Part shown: in pieces, positions 55,660 to 64,000 of the stretch | How positions within the stretch are numbered: position 1 is the stretch's first letter | How the letters are laid out: each line of letters starts with the position of its first letter | Virus record (IMG/VR): IMGVR_UViG_3300007511_000004 | Coordinates: 64,001-128,000 of that record | Length of the DNA stretch: 64,000 nucleotides | From: a virus | Direction: 5' to 3' (one strand) | Position numbers and translations under genes: made by a program | Notes under the pieces: model-generated | What the model saw: the letters and a program-made list of their open reading frames with translations, nothing else | Told to the model about the DNA's origin: nothing | Databases searched by the model: none

Positions 55660-56274
55660 ATGGACAGAGAAGAAATAGAAAAGATGCGGATCGCCTACCA
55701 AGAAGTTCAGGAAGGCAAAAAGAAAAAACTAGATCCCGTCGATAAAGATGAACTTAAAGGTGATCATGAGGATCGCGACGATAAAGATATCGATAATGAT
55801 GGTGACACCGATGATGCGGATGAATATCTGCACAATCGGCGTAAGGCCATTAAGAAAGCTATAAAAAAAGAAGAAGTAGAGCTTGATGAAAAGATGTCTG
55901 AAGCCCAAAAGGAAAAGCGTGAAGAGATTGTAAAATCCCTAAAAGATAAAGAAGCCGAGTTCAAAGAAAAATACGGAGAGCGGTGGAAAGAAGTTATGTA
56001 TGCTACCGCTACAAAAATGGCAATGAAGGAAGAGGTTATGGAAGAATCTAATCAGAACCCAAATGCAGCGGATGCGGAAAAAATGGACGATCGTCTTACT
56101 GCATGTGATAAGAAATTCGCTGATGTCCATGGCGGAATTGATCCAAAAGTTCCGGCAGTAGATGGCTACAAGGCTGCAGAGGATACTGCAGACAATATCA
56201 AGAAGTCCAAGCCAAGCAAAGTGGCAGAAGCGAAAACGTTCCCTGAATTGATGAGAGCATTGATGGAGAAATAA
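55660..56274 (+). CDS. Charged hypothetical protein (likely head-associated)
   Basis: DKDIDNDGDTDDADEYLHNRR, VMYATATK. Confidence 0.65.
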   Translation: MDREEIEKMRIAYQEVQEGKKKKLDPVDKDELKGDHEDRDDKDIDNDGDTDDADEYLHNRRKAIKKAIKKEEVELDEKMSEAQKEKREEIVKSLKDKEAEFKEKYGERWKEVMYATATKMAMKEEVMEESNQNPNAADAEKMDDRLTACDKKFADVHGGIDPKVPAVDGYKAAEDTADNIKKSKPSKVAEAKTFPELMRALMEK

Positions 56275-56275
56275 T

Positions 56276-56539
56276 ATGATTGTGAGACCTAGTTGGGCCG
56301 CAGGAGCTGTTCCAACCGCTCGAGGTTGGATGAAGGGTAATGAACTACTTAAGGCAATTAAGTTTACCCAAGCTCAGATTGATGAGTGGCATGCTGCACA
56401 AAATCCAGTTAAGCCTGTAGAAGCTCTGACCAAGAAAGAGCTAGATGAATACGCGCTTACAAAGGGGGTTGTTCTGGATCGCCGTCAAGGCAAACAGAAG
56501 ATGGTGAAAAGTTTCCTTAGTAAGCTTTCAGCAAGATAA
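56276..56539 (+). CDS. Hypothetical protein
   Basis: GGAG RBS; LTKKELDEYA...LDRR. Confidence 0.65.
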   Translation: MIVRPSWAAGAVPTARGWMKGNELLKAIKFTQAQIDEWHAAQNPVKPVEALTKKELDEYALTKGVVLDRRQGKQKMVKSFLSKLSAR

Positions 56540-56546
56540 AACTGAA

Positions 56547-56912
56547 ATGAAATTTGAAGAGCTTAATGATGAGAACTTTCTGTTATTTGCCGCGGCTCAT
56601 TTTTACGATCCCCGATGTAGTGAGGTAGAAGATTTTTACGAAGATCTTCATAGAATCAAATACATCAAAAGATTGATCAATAGATACTATGAGAACGGCA
56701 GAATATCTGAGAGGCTCCTATTAAACCATATTATCATTTTTACAAATTCGTTTACGGTTCCGGCTACCCTACGAATTTTCGAATATAAGATCGAAAAAGA
56801 TTTTTGGCCTGTTTTAAAACCATTTTTAATATACCTTAAACATATCCATGAGGATGATTATCCTGATATAGAATCGGAGATCCTTGTGATGGAAGCATTG
56901 GAAAGAATATAA
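56547..56912 (+). CDS. Conserved T4-like hypothetical protein
   Basis: FYEDLHRIKYIKRL, ERLLLNHII, LKPFL. Confidence 0.75.
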   Translation: MKFEELNDENFLLFAAAHFYDPRCSEVEDFYEDLHRIKYIKRLINRYYENGRISERLLLNHIIIFTNSFTVPATLRIFEYKIEKDFWPVLKPFLIYLKHIHEDDYPDIESEILVMEALERI

Positions 56913-57499
56913 TGAGTATTGGAACGAGAGCGGCAGATCTAGCCTATACCTTTAGATTCCTTAAGATCCTCACTACTCCGTGGGAAGAAACTAGTGCGTA
57001 TAAGCTAGGTATTATCGATGATAAGGGTAAAAGGAATAAATCCCAGAAATTGGATACAAGTAAACATAAGAGTGCGTATACGACGTTCTTACGGCTTGTA
57101 TATAATATCAAACGATTGATTCAGAAAGTTCCGGGCGCAGGGGGCAAGCTCGGTAATCTAGCTGCAGGTCTATGGCTAATTAAAGAAAACTTCAATATGA
57201 GTGATAAAGCTTTAGAGAAGATGTTGAGTGAAATGGGCGTAGACCCCTTGGATCTTTTGCAGGAAGAATCTCAGTGGTTCCTCCTGGAAGATAAAAGAAT
57301 CTCGCCGGGCGTATATAGGGTTTCCTCGGATAAGATTGTTAATAGTACTTATGAGGAAGTTGTCAGAGCTAAAGACCCTATCCGGATCAGCGAAAAGTGC
57401 TACCCAATCGGCGAAGTCCTTGGATTGGATATCTATAAGGCAACACATATCCGCTCTAATCAGGAGATATATATTACTGCATCGGAGTTAATTAAATGA
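56912..57499 (+). CDS. Conserved T4-like hypothetical protein
   Basis: YTFRFLKILTTPW, AYKLGIIDDKG, LWLIKE. Confidence 0.75.
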   Translation: MSIGTRAADLAYTFRFLKILTTPWEETSAYKLGIIDDKGKRNKSQKLDTSKHKSAYTTFLRLVYNIKRLIQKVPGAGGKLGNLAAGLWLIKENFNMSDKALEKMLSEMGVDPLDLLQEESQWFLLEDKRISPGVYRVSSDKIVNSTYEEVVRAKDPIRISEKCYPIGEVLGLDIYKATHIRSNQEIYITASELIK

Positions 57500-57750
57500 A
57501 AAAGAAGAAGAAAATCCCAGAATGGGGAACGCCCGAAGCAACTAAGAAAGCTCGAGATATGGTACCGGGACAGGAAGATATGGATATTGTTGAAGATGGT
57601 ATGACTTCTGCAGATGCCGGTATACCCCATGATACTAAAGACATGGGACCGAGGTTGAAATTAATTAATGTAACCGATCGTAGAAGGAAGAAGGATAAGC
57701 CTCCGGTTCTTCTAAAAAGGTTTAGGAAATTCGTGGATTCAGATGCTTAG
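57496..57750 (+). CDS. Hypothetical protein
   Basis: ATGA overlap, GGAG RBS. Confidence 0.6.
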   Translation: MKKKKKIPEWGTPEATKKARDMVPGQEDMDIVEDGMTSADAGIPHDTKDMGPRLKLINVTDRRRKKDKPPVLLKRFRKFVDSDA

Positions 57751-58252
57751 ATTATATCTTTTAGTATTCATAATTATGACCGTGGGTGGGGTAGGATTTA
57801 CTGCGTATTCTTATTACCAGAATACTCAAGAGACTATCCGCATTCTAAGAGAAAATGAAGTAAAATTAAAAGCTGCAGTAGAGACCCAAGAGGAAGCAAT
57901 TGCGTCACTGCAGTCTGATTATCAATCCATTATGGAAGAGAATAATCGGATCAATGAGGCGTACGCTGATATTCGAAGACAGAATAGTAGATTATCAAGT
58001 AAGCTAGCCGGAATGGACTTAGGACTGATTGCTGCAGAAAAGCCTGATAGTATCGAACGTGCAGTTAATCGAGGAACAGTTAATGCTGGAAGATGCTTTG
58101 AACTGTTATCAGGTGCAGAATTAAGCGAGGAAGAAATTAATGCAACAAGTGATACCGACTTTAACAAAGAGTGCCCTTGGTTGTGGCCTGGTCCTCCTAC
58201 TGACGGCGTGCGGGATGACGAATCAACCCCCACAGGAGATAACAGTCAGTAG
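57743..58252 (+). CDS. Inner-membrane spanin (Rz-like)
   Basis: N-terminal TM, coiled coil, overlaps lipoprotein gene. Confidence 0.75.
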   Translation: MLRLYLLVFIIMTVGGVGFTAYSYYQNTQETIRILRENEVKLKAAVETQEEAIASLQSDYQSIMEENNRINEAYADIRRQNSRLSSKLAGMDLGLIAAEKPDSIERAVNRGTVNAGRCFELLSGAELSEEEINATSDTDFNKECPWLWPGPPTDGVRDDESTPTGDNSQ

Positions 58253-58529
58253 TGCACCTATTGACCGACCTGAATTAGTTCTCCCACCCGTAGATGAGTT
58301 GAATATGAGATTGGTCGAGTGGGTTATCGTCAATGAGGAGAATCTGGAAGAGAAGGTTGCCGAACTGACCTCTGCAGGCCAACCTCTTGCTATGTTTGTT
58401 CTTACTGGTGATGGGTATTCTAATCTAGGTTTAAACTTCAGTGATATACGTGCATTAGTGCAGCAACAGCAGGAAATCATTCTGGCCTATGAAAGATACT
58501 ACAAAGAGACCGAAGAGGACCTTGAGTAG
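58140..58529 (+). CDS. Outer-membrane spanin lipoprotein (Rz1-like)
   Basis: Lipobox LLLTAC, Pro-rich, overlapping i-spanin. Confidence 0.78.
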   Translation: MQQVIPTLTKSALGCGLVLLLTACGMTNQPPQEITVSSAPIDRPELVLPPVDELNMRLVEWVIVNEENLEEKVAELTSAGQPLAMFVLTGDGYSNLGLNFSDIRALVQQQQEIILAYERYYKETEEDLE

Positions 58530-58568
58530 TATTCTATCCCACCCAAAAGGGTCTTTTATATTATACCG
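58527..58568. repeat. 42-bp exact repeat, copy 2
   Basis: Identical to 11774-11815. Confidence 0.95.
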
Positions 58569-58594
58569 GGATTTGCAAGATTTGTAAACCCCCT
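58560..58594 (-). promoter_or_regulatory. Antisense sigma70-type phage promoter
   Basis: Minus strand GGGGGTTTACA-17 nt-TATAAT. Confidence 0.75.
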
Positions 58595-58642
58595 GTGACG
58601 AAAAGTTAAGAGATATTTTTTGAAATCTTCCCCAATATGATG

Positions 58643-58671
58643 TTTACAAGCTCTGAAATTTTATATATAAT
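58643..58671 (+). promoter_or_regulatory. Promoter for nrdJ
   Basis: TTTACA-17 nt-TATAAT. Confidence 0.8.
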
Positions 58672-58766
58672 ATCACTAATTAAAATTCAAACCACACAGT
58701 TCAATTGTCCGTAAACCCGTATCCTACGGCGTGAACCTATTTGTCCGTTAAGAAAGGTACTCCTCC

Positions 58767-61004
58767 ATGCTCAAAGCCCTCCCCTACTCCCAAGATAAGA
58801 ATGCACGAAAGTTAATGTCAGAGACTAAATTTTACGAGGGGTACAGTAGGTGGAACGAAGACGAAGATAGGTACGAGACTTGGGAGGAGGCTGTTGCTCG
58901 AGTAATGGATATGCACCGTGCTTTCTATGCTGATAAAATGAGTCCGGAACTAACTCGTTTAATAGATGAAGCAGAAGCTCTTTATAAACTACAGTACGCT
59001 TTAGGCGCACAGCGCGCGTTACAGTTTGGTGGTGAGCAACTTATTAAACATCAGATGCGCATGTACAATTGTACGTCTTCGTATGCCGACCGAGCAAGGT
59101 TCTTTTCAGAAGTATTCTATATCCTCCTTTGTGGGGCAGGCGCAGGTTTTTCTGTGCAGAAACACCATGTAGCTAAAGTGCCGCAGATTGCAGAGCGTAA
59201 AAAGCAAGCTAAGGTTTGGGTAGTTGAAGACTCCATCGAAGGATGGGCTGATGCACTGGGCGCATTAATGTCTTCCTATTTCGTTGGCGGTGGTCAATTC
59301 CCAGAAATGGAGGGACGAAAGGTTTATTTCGATCTTCAGAGCATTAGACCAAAAGGTGCTAAGATCTCAGGCGGATATAAGGCACCGGGACCAGATCCCC
59401 TTCGTCGAGCATTAGATAAGATTGAACATCTAATTCAAGGAATCGTACTAACCGGCCGGAATTATCTAAAGGCGATCGATGTTTATGATATTGTTATGTT
59501 TGCTGCAGATGCTGTTCTTTCTGGTGGGGTTCGTCGCAGTGCCACCATTTGTCTATTCTCCCCCGATGATAAAGAAATGATTAATGCCAAGACCGGAAAT
59601 TGGTTTGCTGACAATCCACAGCGGGGTAGATCTAATAACTCTGCAGTTATTGTTCGTGATGAAATCTCACGTGACCAATTTAAAGATATTATGAAGTCTG
59701 TTAAGGAATTTGGTGAGCCTGGCTTCTATTTCGTAGAGGATAAAGATTTCACTACTAATCCCTGTGTTGAAATCGGCATGTACCCTCAGATCAAGGGGAA
59801 ATCTGGATGGCAAGGCTGTAATCTAACTGAAATTAACGGGGGTAAGTGTACTACTAAAGAGGAATTCTACAAAGCATGCCGTGCTGGGGCAATCATGGGC
59901 ACACTGCAGGCAGGTTATACAGACTTTAAATATCTGGATAAGACCACTAAAGATATTTTCGATCGAGAAGCACTACTTGGGGTATCAGTTACTGGTTGGA
60001 TGAATAATCCAGACGTATTGTTAGATGGAGATACCCAACAAGAAGGCGCCAAGATTGTAAAAGAGGTTAACGCTGAAGTAGCAGATCTAATTGGCATTAA
60101 CCCGGCAGCTCGTACAACTTGTGTGAAGCCCTCAGGAAATGCATCTGTACTCTTACAGACCTCATCGGGTATCCATGCAGAGCATTCCCCTCGATACCTT
60201 CGCCACGTCCAATTGAATAAAGAAACCGAAGTGGCACAATTGATCGCAAAGTCAAATCCCTATATGATTGAAGAAGCCGTGGGCTCGTCGGGTAATACGG
60301 ACTATGCTATTGCATTCCCAATTGTTGCCCAACCAGACTCAATCTATAAAGAGGAACTATTCGGAACTAATCTTCTAGAAAAGGTACGTCTCGTTCAGCA
60401 AAATTGGGTAGAAGGTGGTACTAACCCTGAACTCTGTGCCGATAGTAGGATCCGCCACAATGTGTCGAATACGGTTACTGTTCAAGAACATATGTGGCCA
60501 CAAGTTGAAGATTACGTCTACGATAACCGCCATGATTTTGCCGGTATCAGTTTCCTATCCGGCACCGGTGATAAAGACTATCCACAGGCGCCATTTACCT
60601 CTATTCCAACTGCATCAGAGATTGTTGAGACGTATGGCCGCGCAGCTCTATTTGCTTCGGGCTTGATTGTAGATTCCCCTAAATCTGGATTCAGAGATAT
60701 TTGGGAAGCTTGTACAATTGCCAAACAGGATGAGGAGGATGAACAGCATATTGGAGAGATCTCCGATATCCATAAAGAGTGGATCCGCCGATATCGGAAG
60801 TTCGCAGATAATTACTTTAATGGTGATATTAAGCAGGCCGAATACTGTCTTAAAGATGTATATCTACTCCATAAATGGACGAAGATCCAACAGAACTATA
60901 CCCCCGTGGATTTCGTGACGCAGCTGACCGAAAAGAAATATACTGAGATTGATACCATGGGCGCAATTGCGTGTCAGGGTGGTAGTTGTGAGATACAATT
61001 CTAA
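58767..61004 (+). CDS. nrdJ: Class II (B12-dependent, monomeric type) ribonucleotide reductase
   Basis: MYNC, GGVRRSA, TNPCVEI, GCNLTE, CVKPSGN, terminal CQGGSC; no nrdB adjacent. Confidence 0.88.
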   Translation: MLKALPYSQDKNARKLMSETKFYEGYSRWNEDEDRYETWEEAVARVMDMHRAFYADKMSPELTRLIDEAEALYKLQYALGAQRALQFGGEQLIKHQMRMYNCTSSYADRARFFSEVFYILLCGAGAGFSVQKHHVAKVPQIAERKKQAKVWVVEDSIEGWADALGALMSSYFVGGGQFPEMEGRKVYFDLQSIRPKGAKISGGYKAPGPDPLRRALDKIEHLIQGIVLTGRNYLKAIDVYDIVMFAADAVLSGGVRRSATICLFSPDDKEMINAKTGNWFADNPQRGRSNNSAVIVRDEISRDQFKDIMKSVKEFGEPGFYFVEDKDFTTNPCVEIGMYPQIKGKSGWQGCNLTEINGGKCTTKEEFYKACRAGAIMGTLQAGYTDFKYLDKTTKDIFDREALLGVSVTGWMNNPDVLLDGDTQQEGAKIVKEVNAEVADLIGINPAARTTCVKPSGNASVLLQTSSGIHAEHSPRYLRHVQLNKETEVAQLIAKSNPYMIEEAVGSSGNTDYAIAFPIVAQPDSIYKEELFGTNLLEKVRLVQQNWVEGGTNPELCADSRIRHNVSNTVTVQEHMWPQVEDYVYDNRHDFAGISFLSGTGDKDYPQAPFTSIPTASEIVETYGRAALFASGLIVDSPKSGFRDIWEACTIAKQDEEDEQHIGEISDIHKEWIRRYRKFADNYFNGDIKQAEYCLKDVYLLHKWTKIQQNYTPVDFVTQLTEKKYTEIDTMGAIACQGGSCEIQF

Positions 61005-61051
61005 TCGCATAAATAACCTTCAAATCATCATAGTAAATTAAGGTCTCTACC

Positions 61052-61189
61052 ATGAATAAAGAAGATATCCTATGCCCCCATTGCGAAGCAGAATTTTATA
61101 TAGAAAGCGAGGAATCCGCGATTTACTGTATATGTTGTGGGGACGAGATTGGGGATGATGAGGACGAGGATGTCTATTGGGAGGAATAG
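61052..61189 (+). CDS. 45-aa zinc-ribbon protein
   Basis: CPHC...CICCG, acidic tail. Confidence 0.7.
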   Translation: MNKEDILCPHCEAEFYIESEESAIYCICCGDEIGDDEDEDVYWEE

Positions 61190-61633
61190 ATGTGGTATTA
61201 TAATGATGAAGAGTATCATCCATCAGCCGAAGAATTAGATGGATGGATAGGATTCGTTTATGTTATTACCGATAAGAGCAATAACAAAAAGTATGTGGGA
61301 AAGAAACTATTCTGGTCGAAGAAGACCCTTCCACCACTCAAAGGTAAAACACGAAAAAGACGAAAAATCATTGAATCCGATTGGCAGAAATATTATGGAT
61401 CGAGTGACCTTGTCAAACAACTCCTTGTCGAGCACGGGGAGTCTAACTTCCATCGAGAAATATTATACTTCTGCAAATCGAAAGGTGAGATGGGATACCT
61501 CGAATTAAGAGAACAAGTATTACGTAACGTTCTTTTGGATGACGATTATTATAATGGTATCGTTAACGCTAGAGTGCACCGGAACCACGTTAAAAGGGTG
61601 AAGGAGCTTTGGGAAGATGGAAAACTGGATTAA
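61190..61633 (+). CDS. GIY-YIG endonuclease (DenA/EndoII-like)
   Basis: GFVY...KKYVGKK, WQKYYGS, YYNG. Confidence 0.75.
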   Translation: MWYYNDEEYHPSAEELDGWIGFVYVITDKSNNKKYVGKKLFWSKKTLPPLKGKTRKRRKIIESDWQKYYGSSDLVKQLLVEHGESNFHREILYFCKSKGEMGYLELREQVLRNVLLDDDYYNGIVNARVHRNHVKRVKELWEDGKLD

Positions 61634-61652
61634 TCAAAATATTTTGAAATGG

Positions 61653-61699
61653 GGGATTTACTATTGATCCCGGATTTGGTATAATAAACTATGATTAAA
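61653..61699 (+). repeat. 47-bp promoter repeat, copy 2 (RNase H promoter)
   Basis: Identical to 43079-43125. Confidence 0.93.
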
Positions 61700-61718
61700 A
61701 ATGGAAAGCGAGTTTATA

Positions 61719-62576
61719 ATGTTGTTGCTTGATTTTAGTGGTATCTCTATTGCACCTGTTGCAATGGGGCACGTACATTCCGGCGATGAGAATCTGATCC
61801 GTCATATGATCCTCAATTCAATCCGCATGTATCGTCAGAAGTTTAAGGATAAGTATGGGGAAATCGTCATTGTTGCTGATGGTGGCGGTAACTGGAGAAA
61901 AGAGGTTTACCCCGAATATAAGGGTAAACGGAGGTCTACCCGTGAGGCTTCTAAGATTGATTGGGCGGAAGCTTTCCGCATTATCAATATGGTTATCCAA
62001 GAACTCAAGGATGAGTTTCCGTATAAGGTTATTCACCAGTGGGGATGTGAGGCAGATGATTCTATTGCAGAATTGGTTCATTATACCCAGGAGTTTGGCA
62101 ATTGGGAAGATGTGATGATCATCTCTGCTGATAAAGATTTCCGCCAATTGCAAGTCTTCGATAATGTTGACCAGTTTACCCCAATGTTTAAGAAGCTGAT
62201 CAAAGAGGATAATCCTCGAGGATATCTTGCTGAACACATCCTCAAAGGCGACGACGGCGACGGCGTACCTAATGCCCTATCTGACGATGATACCTTTATG
62301 GTCGAAGGTAAGCGTCAAAATATCCTATCCAAGAAAAAGAAAGAAGCGCTCCTAGCCGATCCTAAGGCTTTAGGAGAACAGGTCTATCGCAATTACCAAC
62401 GCAATAGGCAAATGATTGATCTAATTAATCCTTCTACCCCCGATCGTATCCGCAAAGAAATTATAAATAGCTTCGAGAGCCAAGATGAAGGAGATAAAAA
62501 GGGTAAGGTATTCCCGTATCTCATTAAAAATAATTGCCGGCTCTTGCTAGAGAATGTAAAGGAGTTCATTGATTAA
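61719..62576 (+). CDS. rnh: T4-type RNase H (5'-3' exonuclease)
   Basis: NWRKEVYPEYKGKR, CEADD, ISADKDF, KGDDGDGVPN. Confidence 0.94.
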   Translation: MLLLDFSGISIAPVAMGHVHSGDENLIRHMILNSIRMYRQKFKDKYGEIVIVADGGGNWRKEVYPEYKGKRRSTREASKIDWAEAFRIINMVIQELKDEFPYKVIHQWGCEADDSIAELVHYTQEFGNWEDVMIISADKDFRQLQVFDNVDQFTPMFKKLIKEDNPRGYLAEHILKGDDGDGVPNALSDDDTFMVEGKRQNILSKKKKEALLADPKALGEQVYRNYQRNRQMIDLINPSTPDRIRKEIINSFESQDEGDKKGKVFPYLIKNNCRLLLENVKEFID

Positions 62577-62994
62577 GATGAAATATGTATTTGAAGTGCT
62601 GGAAGATGTAGTAAAAGCGAAGACCCGACAGGATAAGATTCAGATTCTGAAAAAGAATGAATCCTGGGCATTAAAAGATATCCTAAAGGGAACGCTTGAT
62701 CCTAAGATTGAATGGGATCTTCCGGCGGGCACCCCGCCTTATACCGCATCCGACCCTCACAATGCCCCCTCGAATCTTCTCAAACGAAATAAGCAATTTA
62801 AGTACTTTGTTAAGGGGGGTCCAGCGCGTGATCTACCCAAATACAAACGTGAATCGATATTCATCGGTCTTTTGGAAGCAATTCATCCAAAGGATGCTGA
62901 ATTGGTAGTGTCTATGATTAATAAGCAGAAGCCCGGTAAAGGTATTACCGCTAAACTTGTTAACGAGGCATTTCCTAACCTAGTGAGTTCTTGA
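62569..62994 (+). CDS. Conserved T4-like hypothetical protein
   Basis: WDLPAGTPPY, KRESIFIGLLEAIHPKDAEL. Confidence 0.75.
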   Translation: MIKMKYVFEVLEDVVKAKTRQDKIQILKKNESWALKDILKGTLDPKIEWDLPAGTPPYTASDPHNAPSNLLKRNKQFKYFVKGGPARDLPKYKRESIFIGLLEAIHPKDAELVVSMINKQKPGKGITAKLVNEAFPNLVSS

Positions 62995-63030
62995 TTATGG
63001 AGTAAACCGAAACTAAAAAGGAGAATGCAC

Positions 63031-63186
63031 ATGGTAGCAGCTCAAATCGAAAGACTGGAATCCGACCTTAGAGAAATTAGGGACTTTGAAAAGGAACTTA
63101 AATCTGAAGGCAATTCTAATCTATCAGCAAAGGTCTCTTCGAAGAGGCAATACCTACAGCAATATCTGGAAGAAGTTACAGCATAG
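63031..63186 (+). CDS. 51-aa hypothetical protein
   Basis: AAGGAG RBS; MVAAQIERLESDLREI. Confidence 0.6.
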   Translation: MVAAQIERLESDLREIRDFEKELKSEGNSNLSAKVSSKRQYLQQYLEEVTA

Positions 63187-63189
63187 GGG

Positions 63190-63218
63190 TTTACATGTTT
63201 TTGCCATTATGGTAAAAT
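63190..63218 (+). promoter_or_regulatory. Early promoter
   Basis: GGGGTTTACA-17 nt-TAAAAT followed by a hairpin at 63224-63253. Confidence 0.6.
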
Positions 63219-63253
63219 AATAAGGGTAGGGGAAGAGATTCTCCTACCCTTTT

Positions 63254-63664
63254 ATGCGGGAAATTATATTGGCTGGAAAGAAAAAGAGGGCAACCGCCCA
63301 GGAGCAAGAAACCTTATTCGAAGTAGTAGAACTAAAGGTTCTCGAGGAAATAGCATATGGTGACACTAAAAAAAGATTAGTGTCCTCCCCTTCCGGGAAA
63401 TCATCATATATACAATTATGGTCAAGTCTGTCGAAGGAATGGAGAACCACCTCTCGGCACAATATAGAAGAAAACTGGTTAAAATGGAAAAAACATGCCG
63501 CAATATACCATGAAGAACAAAGAGACCGGGGAGACCCAAAACATGATTCTCAAAATAAGCGAAAGAGAAGAGTGGCTAAAAAACAACCCGGGATGGATGC
63601 AAATCATAACAACCGCTCCAAGAATAGTAAGCGGACAAGGAAGTCTCCTGTCAAAAACAAGTGA
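63254..63664 (+). CDS. Hypothetical protein
   Basis: ORF after promoter; C-terminus overlaps next gene. Confidence 0.5.
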   Translation: MREIILAGKKKRATAQEQETLFEVVELKVLEEIAYGDTKKRLVSSPSGKSSYIQLWSSLSKEWRTTSRHNIEENWLKWKKHAAIYHEEQRDRGDPKHDSQNKRKRRVAKKQPGMDANHNNRSKNSKRTRKSPVKNK

Positions 63665-63731
63665 TGGCTGGAAAGAAGTATTAGGCCGGGTGAAATCCGG
63701 GGCATCTAAAGAACATACAATTAAAGATTGA
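63495..63731 (+). CDS. FmdB-like small protein
   Basis: MPQYTMKNKETGE, EWLKNNP, DGWKEVL; precedes phoH. Confidence 0.7.
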   Translation: MPQYTMKNKETGETQNMILKISEREEWLKNNPGWMQIITTAPRIVSGQGSLLSKTSDGWKEVLGRVKSGASKEHTIKD

Positions 63732-63741
63732 TATACCTCGG

Positions 63742-64000
63742 ATGAAAAAAAGTAATGCGGCGCACATTGTGCCCTGGGAAATTGATGAATTTACGCCAGT
63801 TACGGAGAACCAGGAGTTAGCTGTCAAAGGCTGGGAGAATGGTCATAACCTGGCTTTAGTTGGGAGTGCCGGTACGGGTAAAACCTATATGGCCTTAAAT
63901 CTTGCGCTCAAAGAGCTTTTCGACAATCTCGATGTCTATAGAAGCATAATGATAGTTAGATCTGTTGTTCCGACTCGTGATGCAGGACACCTCCCCGGAG
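63742..64000 (+). CDS. phoH: PhoH-like ATPase (3' partial)
   Basis: PVTENQ, LVGSAGTGKTY, IVRSVVPTRDAGHLPG. Confidence 0.9.
   Translation, partial: MKKSNAAHIVPWEIDEFTPVTENQELAVKGWENGHNLALVGSAGTGKTYMALNLALKELFDNLDVYRSIMIVRSVVPTRDAGHLPG

Noticed and set aside
58672-58766. Cobalamin riboswitch before nrdJ
   Set aside because: No recognisable B12 box or GGGAA/GCCACUG core
1281-63462. Numerous short minus-strand and alternate-frame ORFs in the track
   Set aside because: They shadow well-supported + strand genes and lack RBS or motifs; only 47048-48231 is credible on the minus strand
1-64000. CRISPR array, tRNA genes, rRNA, integrase or transposase
   Set aside because: No regularly spaced repeats or complete cloverleaf seen by eye; the only tRNA-like element is the tmRNA; a tRNAscan run would be needed to fully exclude tRNAs

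Overview
A 64-kb segment of a T4-like myovirus genome, almost entirely encoded on the + strand. The host is probably an alphaproteobacterium, judged from a two-piece alpha-type tmRNA with a GGCAGUG T-loop, a DUF1127 gene and a small porin-like gene. The core order is gp17-18-19-20-67-21-22-23-3-uvsY-uvsW-55-47-46-45-44-62-regA-hsp20-43, followed by uvsX-40-41, thyX, spanins, class II RNR, RNase H and phoH. Main findings: (1) uvsX is fractured by a split intein whose halves are separated by an HNH homing-endonuclease gene and a 58-aa ORF, and an ORF-less group IA2 intron sits 6 nt past the intein C-terminus, so RNA self-splicing and protein trans-splicing would both be needed. (2) A dCMP-type thymidylate-synthase homologue is coupled to an asparagine-synthetase-like amidotransferase inside a KDO/sugar-nucleotide cluster, suggesting an undescribed cytosine modification. 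(3) A permuted tmRNA lies behind a late promoter. (4) A late operon encodes six exported proteins, with pilin-like and chaperone-like members. (5) A 5.3-kb radical-SAM/Fe-2OG-oxygenase island is bounded by an exact 52-bp direct repeat and includes an HxA (halogenase-type) enzyme and a kissing-loop RNA candidate. (6) Exact duplicated promoter cassettes occur, including two antisense promoters with identical leaders. All calls are from motif recognition by eye; no database searches were run.
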